Of a stretch of DNA of 52,462 bases, positions 38,202 through 48,047 are shown one piece after another. The first letter of the stretch is position 1. Every line of letters starts with the position of its first letter. The translations under genes and the position numbers were made by a program. The notes below the pieces were generated by a model. The model did not search any database and had not been told where the DNA came from. It saw only the letters and a list, made by a program, of their open reading frames with translations. The DNA lies in the IMG/VR virus record IMGVR_UViG_3300042549_010209, positions 1-52,462 of that record, one strand, 5' to 3'. This DNA is from a virus (Duplodnaviria; Caudoviricetes).

Positions 38202-39272
38202 TTAATTAGATAAAGGTGCTTTAATTGATGGGTGTGATTGATAGTTTTCAATTTGAAAATCCTCAATCAACATAGACAAAATGTGAGTATCTAAACCACA
38301 GTTATCAACCCAATATTGATCATCTATTTTAAGTTTAGGTAATACATATGGTTCTCTTACTAGTTGTTCACGTGCTTGAGACATATGGTCTTCATATAAA
38401 TGAACGTCACCTAAGTTACCAACCAATTCATCTGGGATCATGTTGGTCATTTTGGCAAGTATTTCTAAGAGTAAACCGTAAGATGCAATGTTAAATGGTA
38501 AACCTATAAATGTATCTACTGAACGTTGATTCCACATTAGGGAGATTGCTCGTTTAGGTATGTTTGCCTGATTTACATCTAATTCTGCCAAACTACATTC
38601 ATACCAACCTGCATTATTTGTTTGGATTTTTTCTACACCGTATATTTCAACTCTTTCCTCCAAACTCAACTCTCTTGTATAAACTTGAAATCCATAATGA
38701 CAAGGTGGAAGTGTCATTGAATCCAATTCTCCAACATTCCAAGCATTAACCATCAATCGTCTTGAATCTGGGTTTGTTTTAAGGTCGTTGATTAGGTTTG
38801 CGATTTGGTCTACTTTTCCATTCACATACGCAATTTGTTCTCCATTTGTAAACTTATCTGTAAATTTCCACTTTCTCCATTGCTTACCATATACAGGACC
38901 TAAATCACCCCAACGCTCAGCAAATTTAAAATCTGTTTTTATAAATTGAATAAACTCTTCTTGATTTGGAACATCTTCATAACCTATAAACTGGTCTAGA
39001 TATTTTTTATAAGCATCACCATCCCAAATATGGCACCCATTATCAATAAGGAATTTAATGTTTGTATCACCACGTAGGAACCATATTAATTCTGTTACGA
39101 TACCTTTCCAATACATTTTTTTAGTTGTGAGTAATGGAAAGCCCTCTTTCATCTTATGTCGTATCTGTTTACCAAATACAGAACGTGTTTTTCCGTTTCT
39201 AGTATCTTTATCAACACCATTTTCAATGATGTCAAATAGGAGTTCTTGGTATTGTTTATCCAATGTGTTCAT
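38202..39272 (-). CDS. thyA: Thymidylate synthase
   Basis: GFPLLTTK, DLGPVYG.QWR, DSRR, LPPCH, QRSVD..GLPFN, HLY; start taken at MNTLDKQY. Confidence 0.95.
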   Translation of the reverse strand: MNTLDKQYQELLFDIIENGVDKDTRNGKTRSVFGKQIRHKMKEGFPLLTTKKMYWKGIVTELIWFLRGDTNIKFLIDNGCHIWDGDAYKKYLDQFIGYEDVPNQEEFIQFIKTDFKFAERWGDLGPVYGKQWRKWKFTDKFTNGEQIAYVNGKVDQIANLINDLKTNPDSRRLMVNAWNVGELDSMTLPPCHYGFQVYTRELSLEERVEIYGVEKIQTNNAGWYECSLAELDVNQANIPKRAISLMWNQRSVDTFIGLPFNIASYGLLLEILAKMTNMIPDELVGNLGDVHLYEDHMSQAREQLVREPYVLPKLKIDDQYWVDNCGLDTHILSMLIEDFQIENYQSHPSIKAPLSN

Positions 39273-39447
39273 AATGTTCCAATTGGTTTTCATTGAAGAT
39301 ATGTAATAATCCGTATTCATCCATTTCACCAATCACCCGTACTTCACCAGCAATTGTTTCAAATACACCCACGATTGTACAAGGAAATTTATAACCTTTT
39401 GGTTTGTGAGACTTGTCCCCCACTTTAAATTTTGTTTCTTTATTCAT
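39256..39447 (-). CDS. SH3-fold protein resembling R67/DfrB dihydrofolate reductase
   Basis: FKVGDKSHKPKGYKFPCTIVGVFET...E...GLLHIFNENQLE aligns by eye with R67 [25 protein letters not shown]...E...GSVQIYPVAALE. Confidence 0.55.
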   Translation of the reverse strand: MNKETKFKVGDKSHKPKGYKFPCTIVGVFETIAGEVRVIGEMDEYGLLHIFNENQLEHYEHIG

Positions 39448-39668
39448 AACACTATTCCATTTACTATTTTATAACTTGGTCTTTCTTCTTCATCTATAAA
39501 TGAAACTGTTTCATGTGGTCCATAATACCATTCTTTGTTTACATTTAAGCAAAATGAATCTGATTTAGAAACATCTACATAATGGTATCCACCTTCATAT
39601 CCAGGTACAAAGACATGTAATTCTGGGTCTAGTTCACTTAATTTTTCGATTAGCTCTTTAATTGTCAT
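39444..39668 (-). CDS. Hypothetical protein
   Basis: MTIKELIEKL..LDP...V...GYEGG, a common phage-type small ORF. Confidence 0.75.
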   Translation of the reverse strand: MTIKELIEKLSELDPELHVFVPGYEGGYHYVDVSKSDSFCLNVNKEWYYGPHETVSFIDEEERPSYKIVNGIVL

Positions 39669-40170
39669 TTATTTGTTTTTTAGGTCTTCCACGTTTATCA
39701 GGTTGTTTACCAGATCTATCAAATGTTTTGAGACAGTAAATGTAAAATTCTTCTGTTGTACCTCCAAATTCTATTACATGTTGATCGTATTCTTCTTTGG
39801 TCATTATGAATTCTCTCATAAAACCATTTTTCAATGCTTTTAATCTAGAATTTTCGTCTTTTTCAAAGTCCTCAGTTAATCTTTTTCTACGAGCTAAATC
39901 AACTCCATTTTTTTCTAGGAGTTTTTGAATATCACCTCTGTATTCTACATATTTTTCATTGATTTCTAACTCGGTTAATTTCAATTGCCAGTAGTAATGT
40001 GAGAATTCATATTCACCGTTTTTAATGCGATCAAAAAATTTAGCTCCCTTGGGTAATGGTTTGTTTTTTGAGTCAAAACGTCTCCACCATTTGAATTGGT
40101 TGTAATTTAGTGGTTGGAGTTTTTTTATTTCTTTGTATACTAATTTTGGATCGGATGTTTTATAGAGCAT
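39658..40170 (-). CDS. Hypothetical protein
   Basis: Start reassigned to MLYKTSD downstream of terminator/promoter. Confidence 0.7.
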   Translation of the reverse strand: MLYKTSDPKLVYKEIKKLQPLNYNQFKWWRRFDSKNKPLPKGAKFFDRIKNGEYEFSHYYWQLKLTELEINEKYVEYRGDIQKLLEKNGVDLARRKRLTEDFEKDENSRLKALKNGFMREFIMTKEEYDQHVIEFGGTTEEFYIYCLKTFDRSGKQPDKRGRPKKQINDN

Positions 40171-40192
40171 AACCTTTATTTTCCGTAAATAT

Positions 40193-40215
40193 AAAAAGGC
40201 CCCTTTGGGGGGCCT
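40193..40215 (-). terminator. Terminator after fibre gene 40242-41867
   Basis: AGGCCCC..AAA-GGGGCCT followed by T tract. Confidence 0.8.
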
Positions 40216-40241
40216 AGTTTTTTTAAATAAAATGTTATATT

Positions 40242-41867
40242 TTATGCAAGTGAACCTGATCTCCAAGTTCCTGCCATCCATACATAAAATAAATGATTTC
40301 CTGTTACTGTTGCAAACACCATTTCACCATCAACACCTGTCCAAGAAGGAGTAGATGATTGAGTAGTTGGTAAAACTATTGAACCTGACATTTTTACTGT
40401 AAGAGCATTGCTTCTAGATCCATCTGAGGTGCCATTTCCAATAGCAAATAAATCATTTTCATCAAATGAAAGTAAATTAAATTTACCAGAGGCATGTTGA
40501 TAAGGAGCTGATGTTATAGTACCTAAACCTTCAGCATGTGAAAAATTGCCTGCTGCATATGTACCGTATCCTTCAGTATGTGACCATGAGCTAGAAGCAT
40601 ATGTTTGGTATCCTTCAGCATGTGATGCTCTACCTACAGTTATTGTTTCTTCACCTTCGGCATGTGAGCCAATTGCTGGGTTATCTGAAGTATTAGTAGG
40701 GGCATAAGGATCATAAGTATAAGTTCTAATACCTTCAGCATGAGAAAATTTAGACCAAGCTGTAGATTCTTCACCTTCAGCATGTGAACATGCACCCATA
40801 GTTATAGAACCTGAGCCCTCAGCGTGGGATGCTACTCCATTAGCTTGGGTAAAATTACCTTCAGCATGAGCACCATTTGCTGATGATGTAGTGTATCTTC
40901 CCTCGGCATGAGAACTTACACCTGATGTATATGTACTAAATCCTTCAGCATGTGAATTTGTACCTAATGTAAATGTAGCAGCTCCTTCTGCATGTGAATA
41001 TGGTCCTGCGGATATTGTAGAGTTTCCTTCTGCATGAGAATGGTTACCGGATGCTGTTGTAAAAGCACCTTCAGCATGTGAATACGAGTTAATAGCCAAA
41101 GTACTTTGACCTTCTGCGTGTGAATATAATCCTGATGCTGTTGTACTAAGACCTTGTCTTAGTTTTCCATCTATAAAAGTATCACCTGTTAATTGGTTAT
41201 TTCCAGAACCAATAGTTTGAGTTACTGTTCCTGCTGAGTTTAAAAAGTTAATTGTTCCTTGTGATACGTAAATGTCTTTCCAAGCAGCTGTTGGTGAACC
41301 TAAATTAAATGAGGAAGTTGTTGAAACACCATCTGTATTTGGTATAATTGAACCACTTACTAAAATTGAACCAGAAACAATTACGTCTTGATTTAATTTA
41401 TTAACATATGAAGATGTTTGAGCATTTTCTACAAATGAAGCTGTTTGAGCATTTTCAACATATGATGCTGTTTGAGCTAAAGTTACAAATGAAGCTGTTT
41501 GAGCATTTTCTACAAATGAAGCTGTTTGAGCAGTTGTAACATATGAAGCTGTTTGAGCATTTTCAACATATGATGCTGTTTGAGCAGTTGTAACATATGA
41601 AGCTGTTTGAGCTAAAGTTACAAATGAAGCTGTTTGAGCATTTTCAACATATGATGCTGTTTGAGCTAAAGTTACAAATGAAGCTGTTTGAGCAGTTGTA
41701 ACATATGAAGCTGTTTGAGCTATTCCTAAAAGTGTACCCGTAATATCTCCACTTACAACTAAAGAACCTGTTATTGCGTGTGAGCCTGTGAAGTACTCAA
41801 AGTTGCCATCTAACTGGTCATAAGTTAGCGGGTCATTTCCTGTGTTTTTTCTTAAAATTAATGCCAT
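40242..41867 (-). CDS. Modular fibre/adhesin paralog A (YadA-head-like SHAEG repeats)
   Basis: N-term LRKNTGNDPLTYDQLDGNFEYF, 12 AQTAS[YF]V repeats, 14 HAEG-type repeats, C-term WRSGSLA. Confidence 0.8.
   Translation of the reverse strand: MALILRKNTGNDPLTYDQLDGNFEYFTGSHAITGSLVVSGDITGTLLGIAQTASYVTTAQTASFVTLAQTASYVENAQTASFVTLAQTASYVTTAQTASYVENAQTASYVTTAQTASFVENAQTASFVTLAQTASYVENAQTASFVENAQTSSYVNKLNQDVIVSGSILVSGSIIPNTDGVSTTSSFNLGSPTAAWKDIYVSQGTINFLNSAGTVTQTIGSGNNQLTGDTFIDGKLRQGLSTTASGLYSHAEGQSTLAINSYSHAEGAFTTASGNHSHAEGNSTISAGPYSHAEGAATFTLGTNSHAEGFSTYTSGVSSHAEGRYTTSSANGAHAEGNFTQANGVASHAEGSGSITMGACSHAEGEESTAWSKFSHAEGIRTYTYDPYAPTNTSDNPAIGSHAEGEETITVGRASHAEGYQTYASSSWSHTEGYGTYAAGNFSHAEGLGTITSAPYQHASGKFNLLSFDENDLFAIGNGTSDGSRSNALTVKMSGSIVLPTTQSSTPSWTGVDGEMVFATVTGNHLFYVWMAGTWRSGSLA
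41397..41720. repeat. 27-nt coding tandem repeat (AQTAS[YF]Vxx x12)
   Basis: Recurrent atgaagctgtttgagc units. Confidence 0.92.
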
Positions 41868-41904
41868 TTGTTTTTGGTTTTATTATAAATATAATAGAAA
41901 AAAT

Positions 41905-41927
41905 AAAAGGCACCATTTAGGTGCCTT
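41905..41927 (-). terminator. Terminator after 41946-44975
   Basis: AAGGCACC-TAAAT-GGTGCCTT-TT. Confidence 0.75.
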
Positions 41928-41945
41928 AATATAAAATGTTATATT

Positions 41946-44900
41946 TTATGCAAGTGAACCTGATCTCCAAGCTCCACCTAAGTATGCCCAGATTACATAG
42001 TTACCTGCTCCATCATCTCCAAAGAACATCTCTCCTTGAGATCCTGAATAGGATGGGGAGGTTGATGAAGTTGTTGGAATAATGATAGATCCATTAGTGG
42101 TAACTTCAAAAGCATTTGATTCAATATATTGATTTCCATTTCCAACTATAAATAGTGAATTTGATGAGGTAACGTTATTCATCCCTACTACAGTTCCATA
42201 ATCCATACTAGATGTTAAACCTGTACCTGCTAAAAGGGAACCTTTATGATTAGAATAATTTTCACTTCCAACTATTAAAGCTTGATCATATGAAATTAGA
42301 TATACATCTGTATCAGCTTCAACTAATGTTCTAGAATAAGCCCCTGCTACTAAATTTAAACCTGCATATCTATCAAAACCAGTTCGAGAATATGCATGAA
42401 CAACTGTATTAGTTCCATCAAATTCTGAGGCTGCAGTATTTATAGAAGTAACTTCATTAAAATCTGGGGAGTAGAAGTAAAAATCCATTGGTCCATTAGC
42501 TGTTATGTATGAAACAACATCACCATATTTTGCATCTAGAAGTAATACATTTTCACTTCCCGATAAAAATACAGTTCCATTATATCCAACATATTGAAAT
42601 TCTTCTATAGTAGAAGTTGTATTGTCAAAAGCTTGGTTATTAGGTCCTAATATTAAACTTTTATTTACCGCTATATCTGAATTCAATACGACACCTACTT
42701 CATCATTAATAACAGCAATTGCTTGAGCACCCGGTACACATCCTCCAGGGATATTTACATATAATTTATCAGCTGGAGCTGGGAAAGTAACATATCCTGC
42801 ATCAGCTAAAATTAATGGTAATAATATTGGTGGTTGGGTTGGGGCTTGTACTATAGCTGATCCTACACCGTATGCACTATAACTAATATAGTCACATAAA
42901 ATATTAGTGCTAAGATCTGAAGTTACTAATCTAACTTTTCCACCGTTAGCAGCAGCTGAAGCTGATAAGCTTGAACTTATATTTCCATATTGTGGAGCAA
43001 AATTCATTTGAGTAGTCCAAACGTTTGGAGACAATTCACCAGATGATTTAACTAATACATCAAATCCAACTGTGTCAGGACATGGTGTTACTACGGCTAC
43101 AGATCCTGTAACTGTAACACTTCCACTTACTGTTGTATCGCCATTAATTGTAACTTCTTCATCACATATGATAACTGTAGAAAAACATTCACCTGGTACT
43201 GTTACTACAATATTAGATCCTGTTGGGGTAGTTCCATCTATTCCTATAGCTAATTGTCCTGTTGCATTCGGGAATATTTCGTTTGGAGAAGTAAATTGGA
43301 AGTAATTGATTGGAGCATTATAAACTGAAGCTACTAAAGTAACGTAAGTTATTTCTCCTGTTGTACTATTGTAAAGTGTAACTATATCATTATTTAAAGC
43401 TGCTAAAGCAGTCATTTCAGCTGAAATGTCTCCGTATGGTGGATCTGTTACCCATAATGTAGTTAAGTAAATACTACCACTTAAAGTACTTGAGCGAAAT
43501 GCTGCTTCAAACCCAGTAAATAATACTTGATCACAACTTGCACTAGTTATTACTTCTACACATCCATTAACTGTTACTGATCCTGTTACATCAACTGATC
43601 CTGTTACACCTAAACCACCTGAAATATCTACATCTACATCAAATGTTATTCCGTCACAACAGAAAGTAGCAATAGTTGATGGAGTAGAACTTCCTGATCC
43701 CATTAATGTATCTGCTAATGGAAGTACTGAACCTTCGTTACCCAAAACAATATTTGTTGGAGGGTTATATGGGATAAATGATCCAGAAACAATTACTCTA
43801 GTAATAGTACCTGTATAGATTGAACTTACAAATTGGTATTGTCCACTAACTCCTGTTGATGTGTTAAGTAATTCTAATTTACCTCCGTTATCTACTGCTG
43901 ATTGAGATATAAATGTTGAAACATTACCATATGTTGGAGATAATTGAACAAATGATGTCCAATCACCTGATCCTGTAACTTTTTCATATCCGTCTCTAAC
44001 TTGACCAGCATATCCATAATATGAATCTGTTTCGTCTCCAGGACAAAGCATTTCAATACATCCAGTTATAATTAAACCATCATGTAAATTTGTTGGTCCT
44101 GTTACATCTAATCCACCTGAAATTGTTGTATCGCCGTATAATGTAATTCCATCGCAACAAAATTCAGCTATTGGAGTACAAACATCACCTTCTACAGGGT
44201 ATGTAGCTCCGGTAACTGCAAATGTAAATCCTGGTTGTCCAACGTATACTACTGTTCCGTCTGGTACTTCAGCACCGGATGCTGTTAAAAATGTTCTAAC
44301 ACCATTGTAATTAGATCCTTCATATCCAAAAGAAGCATATTGATCATAAAATGGAGAATATAAATAAATAAATCCATTTCCTAAAGCAGCAGCTGCAACT
44401 AATTGAGAAGTTATATCTCCATATGATTGTGTAAATGCTATTATTTCATAACTAAAACTTCCACTTTTTGATTCACCTGTTACTTGACCTATAACACCTG
44501 TATAAAGCGATTCACAGCAATTGATTGTAAAACAACCATCAACATCTACATCTCCTATAAATTGAGTGCTACCTGTTACACTTAATGAACCTGTTATACC
44601 TGCAGATCCCGATGTTTGTGTCCCACCTGAAGTAGCAGACCATGAAGATGAAGGTGTATAATTGTTTGTTTGAGCTGAGGGGCCACTTCCTATAACATGT
44701 AAACTACCTGATTTTAGTATTACATCTCCTGTAAATTCTGAATCACCTTTTATAAGGAGTGAACCTGTTCCGGTTAAAGATCCGGTTACGTCAAATGAAC
44801 CTGTTACAGTTGAGGAACCTGTTACATCAAATGAACCTGTTATAGTTGAGGAACCTACTGTTGTTGATGATCCTGATGTTACAGTAGAAGATCCTGAACC

Positions 44901-44975
44901 AAATGTAGTGATTGATCCATTACTACCTGAGATGGCTAATAATCCATCGATTACTAAATTTTTAATTCTTGGCAT
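41946..44975 (-). CDS. Large fibre-like protein with Cys-bounded repeated modules
   Basis: VTGS repeats, five YG[DN][IV] modules, C-term WRSGSLA shared with paralog A. Confidence 0.78.
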   Translation of the reverse strand: MPRIKNLVIDGLLAISGSNGSITTFGSGSSTVTSGSSTTVGSSTITGSFDVTGSSTVTGSFDVTGSLTGTGSLLIKGDSEFTGDVILKSGSLHVIGSGPSAQTNNYTPSSSWSATSGGTQTSGSAGITGSLSVTGSTQFIGDVDVDGCFTINCCESLYTGVIGQVTGESKSGSFSYEIIAFTQSYGDITSQLVAAAALGNGFIYLYSPFYDQYASFGYEGSNYNGVRTFLTASGAEVPDGTVVYVGQPGFTFAVTGATYPVEGDVCTPIAEFCCDGITLYGDTTISGGLDVTGPTNLHDGLIITGCIEMLCPGDETDSYYGYAGQVRDGYEKVTGSGDWTSFVQLSPTYGNVSTFISQSAVDNGGKLELLNTSTGVSGQYQFVSSIYTGTITRVIVSGSFIPYNPPTNIVLGNEGSVLPLADTLMGSGSSTPSTIATFCCDGITFDVDVDISGGLGVTGSVDVTGSVTVNGCVEVITSASCDQVLFTGFEAAFRSSTLSGSIYLTTLWVTDPPYGDISAEMTALAALNNDIVTLYNSTTGEITYVTLVASVYNAPINYFQFTSPNEIFPNATGQLAIGIDGTTPTGSNIVVTVPGECFSTVIICDEEVTINGDTTVSGSVTVTGSVAVVTPCPDTVGFDVLVKSSGELSPNVWTTQMNFAPQYGNISSSLSASAAANGGKVRLVTSDLSTNILCDYISYSAYGVGSAIVQAPTQPPILLPLILADAGYVTFPAPADKLYVNIPGGCVPGAQAIAVINDEVGVVLNSDIAVNKSLILGPNNQAFDNTTSTIEEFQYVGYNGTVFLSGSENVLLLDAKYGDVVSYITANGPMDFYFYSPDFNEVTSINTAASEFDGTNTVVHAYSRTGFDRYAGLNLVAGAYSRTLVEADTDVYLISYDQALIVGSENYSNHKGSLLAGTGLTSSMDYGTVVGMNNVTSSNSLFIVGNGNQYIESNAFEVTTNGSIIIPTTSSTSPSYSGSQGEMFFGDDGAGNYVIWAYLGGAWRSGSLA

Positions 44976-45000
44976 TTCTTGTTATTTTATTTTTAATTAA

Positions 45001-45258
45001 TTAATGAACTATACATAACACATCATCTGATCTGTAAATAGCACCTATTGGTAATCCTGCATTTATTGCATCGGCATTTGAATTTATTCCTGGGAAATCT
45101 TGGACACTTCCTACTAATATTAGTGGAGTTAATGCTGATCCTGAGACTGTAAGTGAGCCTGTTACTGCGTGCGAGCCTGTAAAGTACTCAAAGTTACCAT
45201 CTAACTGATTATAAGTTAGTGGGTCATTTCCTGTGTTTTTTCTTAAAATTAGTGCCAT
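45001..45258 (-). CDS. Mini fibre paralog (N-terminal domain plus short tip)
   Basis: MALILRKNTGNDPLTYNQLDGNFEYFTGSH. Confidence 0.8.
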   Translation of the reverse strand: MALILRKNTGNDPLTYNQLDGNFEYFTGSHAVTGSLTVSGSALTPLILVGSVQDFPGINSNADAINAGLPIGAIYRSDDVLCIVH

Positions 45259-45295
45259 TTGTTTTTGGTTTTATTATAAATATGATATAAAAAAT

Positions 45296-45318
45296 AAAAG
45301 GCACCGTTTATGTGCCTT
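45296..45318 (-). terminator. Terminator after 45343-47607
   Basis: AAGGCAC-ATAAACG-GTGCCTT-TT, paralogous to 41905-41927. Confidence 0.7.
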
Positions 45319-45342
45319 AATATGAGATTATTTTTTTATATA

Positions 45343-47607
45343 TTAAATATCTGAAATTGATATTAATTTATATATAGCTCCATAAGTTGCATCAGAATAC
45401 CCATCTCCACTAAAATCACCATTATAAAATGGGTAATTTGAGCTAGTACCTATAGAAAAATTACCCCAGTTAATTACTTCAAATGAAACTTTTTTTCCTG
45501 GGAGGATTTCTAATGAAGCTGAATATCCAGAACTAGGATTTATGCTTTTAAAATCACCCCATGATCCTGATAGAATAGGACATTGAGTATTTTGGGCTGA
45601 AGTTACGTTTTTAGATCCTGTATCTACACCTAAAATACCTTGAGCAAAACAACTAATTTTAAGACTTCCTGAGTTTCTAATATTTGATGACGCTGAAGGA
45701 GAGATATTATATACTGTAATGATTTCACCAGGTGTGTATGGTGCATTATTTATTGGAGGTAAATATAATAATGATGGAGATACTGATGAAGATAAATTAT
45801 TATAAACATAAAAAGTATTAATTTTTCTATCCCATGGGAGGATTGGATCACTAAAATAAGTATACAACCCAGAATTTAAAGATAAACCAGTTGAATAATC
45901 AGCAGCTAATTTAATACCTGCTGAAGTAAGTTTTTGTTTAGATAGCTTAGAAAAAACACCATTGTATCCTTGAGTTTCTAAATTTAATTCTTCATCACCA
46001 TAAGAAATAACATTTAATGAACCTGTAATTACTGTTCCTGCAGTTCCAGCTCCTACTGTTCCTTGAATATTTCCGGCTCCATCTAAGAAATTAATTGTAC
46101 CATTTGATACATAAATATCTTTCCAAGCATTTGTAGGTGAACCTAAGTCAAATGATGAAGTTACAGATACACCATCAGTATTTGGAATAAGTGAACCACT
46201 TATTAAAATTGAACCAGATATTATAACATCTTGATTTAATATATCAACATATGATGCTGTTTGAGTGGTTGTAACAAATGAAGCTGTTTGAGCTAAAGTT
46301 ACAAATGAAGCCGTTTGAGCATTTTCAGCATATGTAGCATATGAAGCTGTACCCTCTAAAGAACCAGTAAATGAATCTGCTGTTATATTACCTGGGGTTG
46401 ATATATCTCCTGGGAATAAGGTATCCCCACCAGGAGTAAACTCCCACATATTTTCATTACCGCTATCATATTGTGTTATAATATCAACAGAATCAGTAGT
46501 TGAATAGTTTCTTAAGCTAAATATATCACGGCTATACATTCTTAAATCATCTATAGCTTCTATTGTAACATCACTATTAACTCTAACATAAGAATCTGCA
46601 TATTGATTAATTTCAAAATAAACTTGATCTAATGATATAGGATTAGCAGGTGGAGCTTGATCTACTGTTAAGACAATTGGACTTAAACCACCGGGAGCGC
46701 TTGTGCTTAAAACTTCTAGGATGGAAAAAGTACTATTAGAATCAATTACTGAAAAAAAGCTTGGGGGGTTAGGAATTATAAGAGATGTTGCAGTATAAGC
46801 ATCTATAGTAGGATCATTGAGAGTAATAATATGTACACTTCCGCTAGAAGACCATACTGCTGTAGAATATCCTACACCTGGAGTGAAAGTATAATCATTA
46901 ACAAATAAAACAGATTTACGTTTCATCTCTATTTCACTATTATTATCACTTACTACCAAATTAATATCTTCACCACCAATAATTAAATTAGCAGTACTAT
47001 TATCAATAGTTCCACCAGCTCTAATATGAATATGGTTTGGACCTGTTGGGTCTAAAATTAAATATTGATCTGTTCCTAAACTTGAATCTGGTATTAATTC
47101 TAAAGTTGGTAATCCTAATCCATCACCTGAGCTAGATGGGATTGATTGGATTGTACTACCGTCCCCAAAATTGATTGATCCAGAAATAGTTTGGTTTCCT
47201 ACAAATACATTTGAACCAGTTGTTGCAAATGAACCTGTATCTATAGAAGTGCCTCCACTTCCAAATCCAGAAGCTGCGGCTGAAGCAGATATAAATGTTG
47301 GGTCAACATATGATGCTGTTTGGGCTAAAGTTACAAATGAAGCTGTTTGAGCATTTTCAACATATGATGCTGTTTGAGCTAAAGTTACAAATGAAGCTGT
47401 TTGAGCATTTTCAACATATGATGCTGTTTGAGCTAAAGTTACAAAAGATGCAGTTGAAGCGGTTCCTAAAAGTGTACCGGTAATATCTCCACTTACAACT
47501 AAAGAACCGGTTATTGCGTGTGAGCCTGTAAAGTACTCAAAATTGCCGTCTAACTGTTCATAAGTTAGAGGATCATTTCCTGTGTTTTTTCTTAAATTTA
47601 GTGGCAT
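45343..47607 (-). CDS. Modular fibre/adhesin paralog C
   Basis: Same N-terminus and AQTAS repeats as paralog A, shared PNTDGVS..WKDIYVS segment, different C-terminus. Confidence 0.8.
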   Translation of the reverse strand: MPLNLRKNTGNDPLTYEQLDGNFEYFTGSHAITGSLVVSGDITGTLLGTASTASFVTLAQTASYVENAQTASFVTLAQTASYVENAQTASFVTLAQTASYVDPTFISASAAASGFGSGGTSIDTGSFATTGSNVFVGNQTISGSINFGDGSTIQSIPSSSGDGLGLPTLELIPDSSLGTDQYLILDPTGPNHIHIRAGGTIDNSTANLIIGGEDINLVVSDNNSEIEMKRKSVLFVNDYTFTPGVGYSTAVWSSSGSVHIITLNDPTIDAYTATSLIIPNPPSFFSVIDSNSTFSILEVLSTSAPGGLSPIVLTVDQAPPANPISLDQVYFEINQYADSYVRVNSDVTIEAIDDLRMYSRDIFSLRNYSTTDSVDIITQYDSGNENMWEFTPGGDTLFPGDISTPGNITADSFTGSLEGTASYATYAENAQTASFVTLAQTASFVTTTQTASYVDILNQDVIISGSILISGSLIPNTDGVSVTSSFDLGSPTNAWKDIYVSNGTINFLDGAGNIQGTVGAGTAGTVITGSLNVISYGDEELNLETQGYNGVFSKLSKQKLTSAGIKLAADYSTGLSLNSGLYTYFSDPILPWDRKINTFYVYNNLSSSVSPSLLYLPPINNAPYTPGEIITVYNISPSASSNIRNSGSLKISCFAQGILGVDTGSKNVTSAQNTQCPILSGSWGDFKSINPSSGYSASLEILPGKKVSFEVINWGNFSIGTSSNYPFYNGDFSGDGYSDATYGAIYKLISISDI

Positions 47608-47712
47608 TTGTTTTTGGTTTTATTATAAATATGGTATAAAAAATAAAAGACATCATTTAGATAACTTTTTTATTTTTAGTTTATTTTTTATTCAGTTATA
47701 AATATTACCATT

Positions 47713-48045
47713 TTAAGTAAAATATTGTAAAGTTATTTCTTTATTAGGGGCAATTTGTTTAATAGTTTTAATAGTAATTATTTTATTTAATTCATCTACA
47801 TAATGAATGCAATTATAATTTTTACTACTATTAATCCAGCTACTATATCCTAAAAATAACAGTAATCCATTACTTGCATGTAGCGGGTATGTGTATTTTG
47901 TTAATTCAGAAGGACAATGATCTGTAATAAGAACACCAGGGGTTTGTAAAATAATAGTATCTTGTTGTAATGTAGAAGATGAAAAAAGCCCCCATCCGTG
48001 GATGGGGGATTTATCAATATAAAATAATTTAGAAATTAATTTCAT
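47713..48045 (-). CDS. SET-domain protein (methyltransferase fold)
   Basis: SPIHGWGLF...INSS..NC...I....EITLQY; start taken at MKLISK. Confidence 0.8.
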   Translation of the reverse strand: MKLISKLFYIDKSPIHGWGLFSSSTLQQDTIILQTPGVLITDHCPSELTKYTYPLHASNGLLLFLGYSSWINSSKNYNCIHYVDELNKIITIKTIKQIAPNKEITLQYFT

Positions 48046-48047
48046 CC

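Noticed and set aside
38202-39272. dCMP hydroxymethylase feeding DNA glycosylation
   Set aside because: Retains the dUMP-specifying Asn (GLPFN) and canonical ThyA motifs
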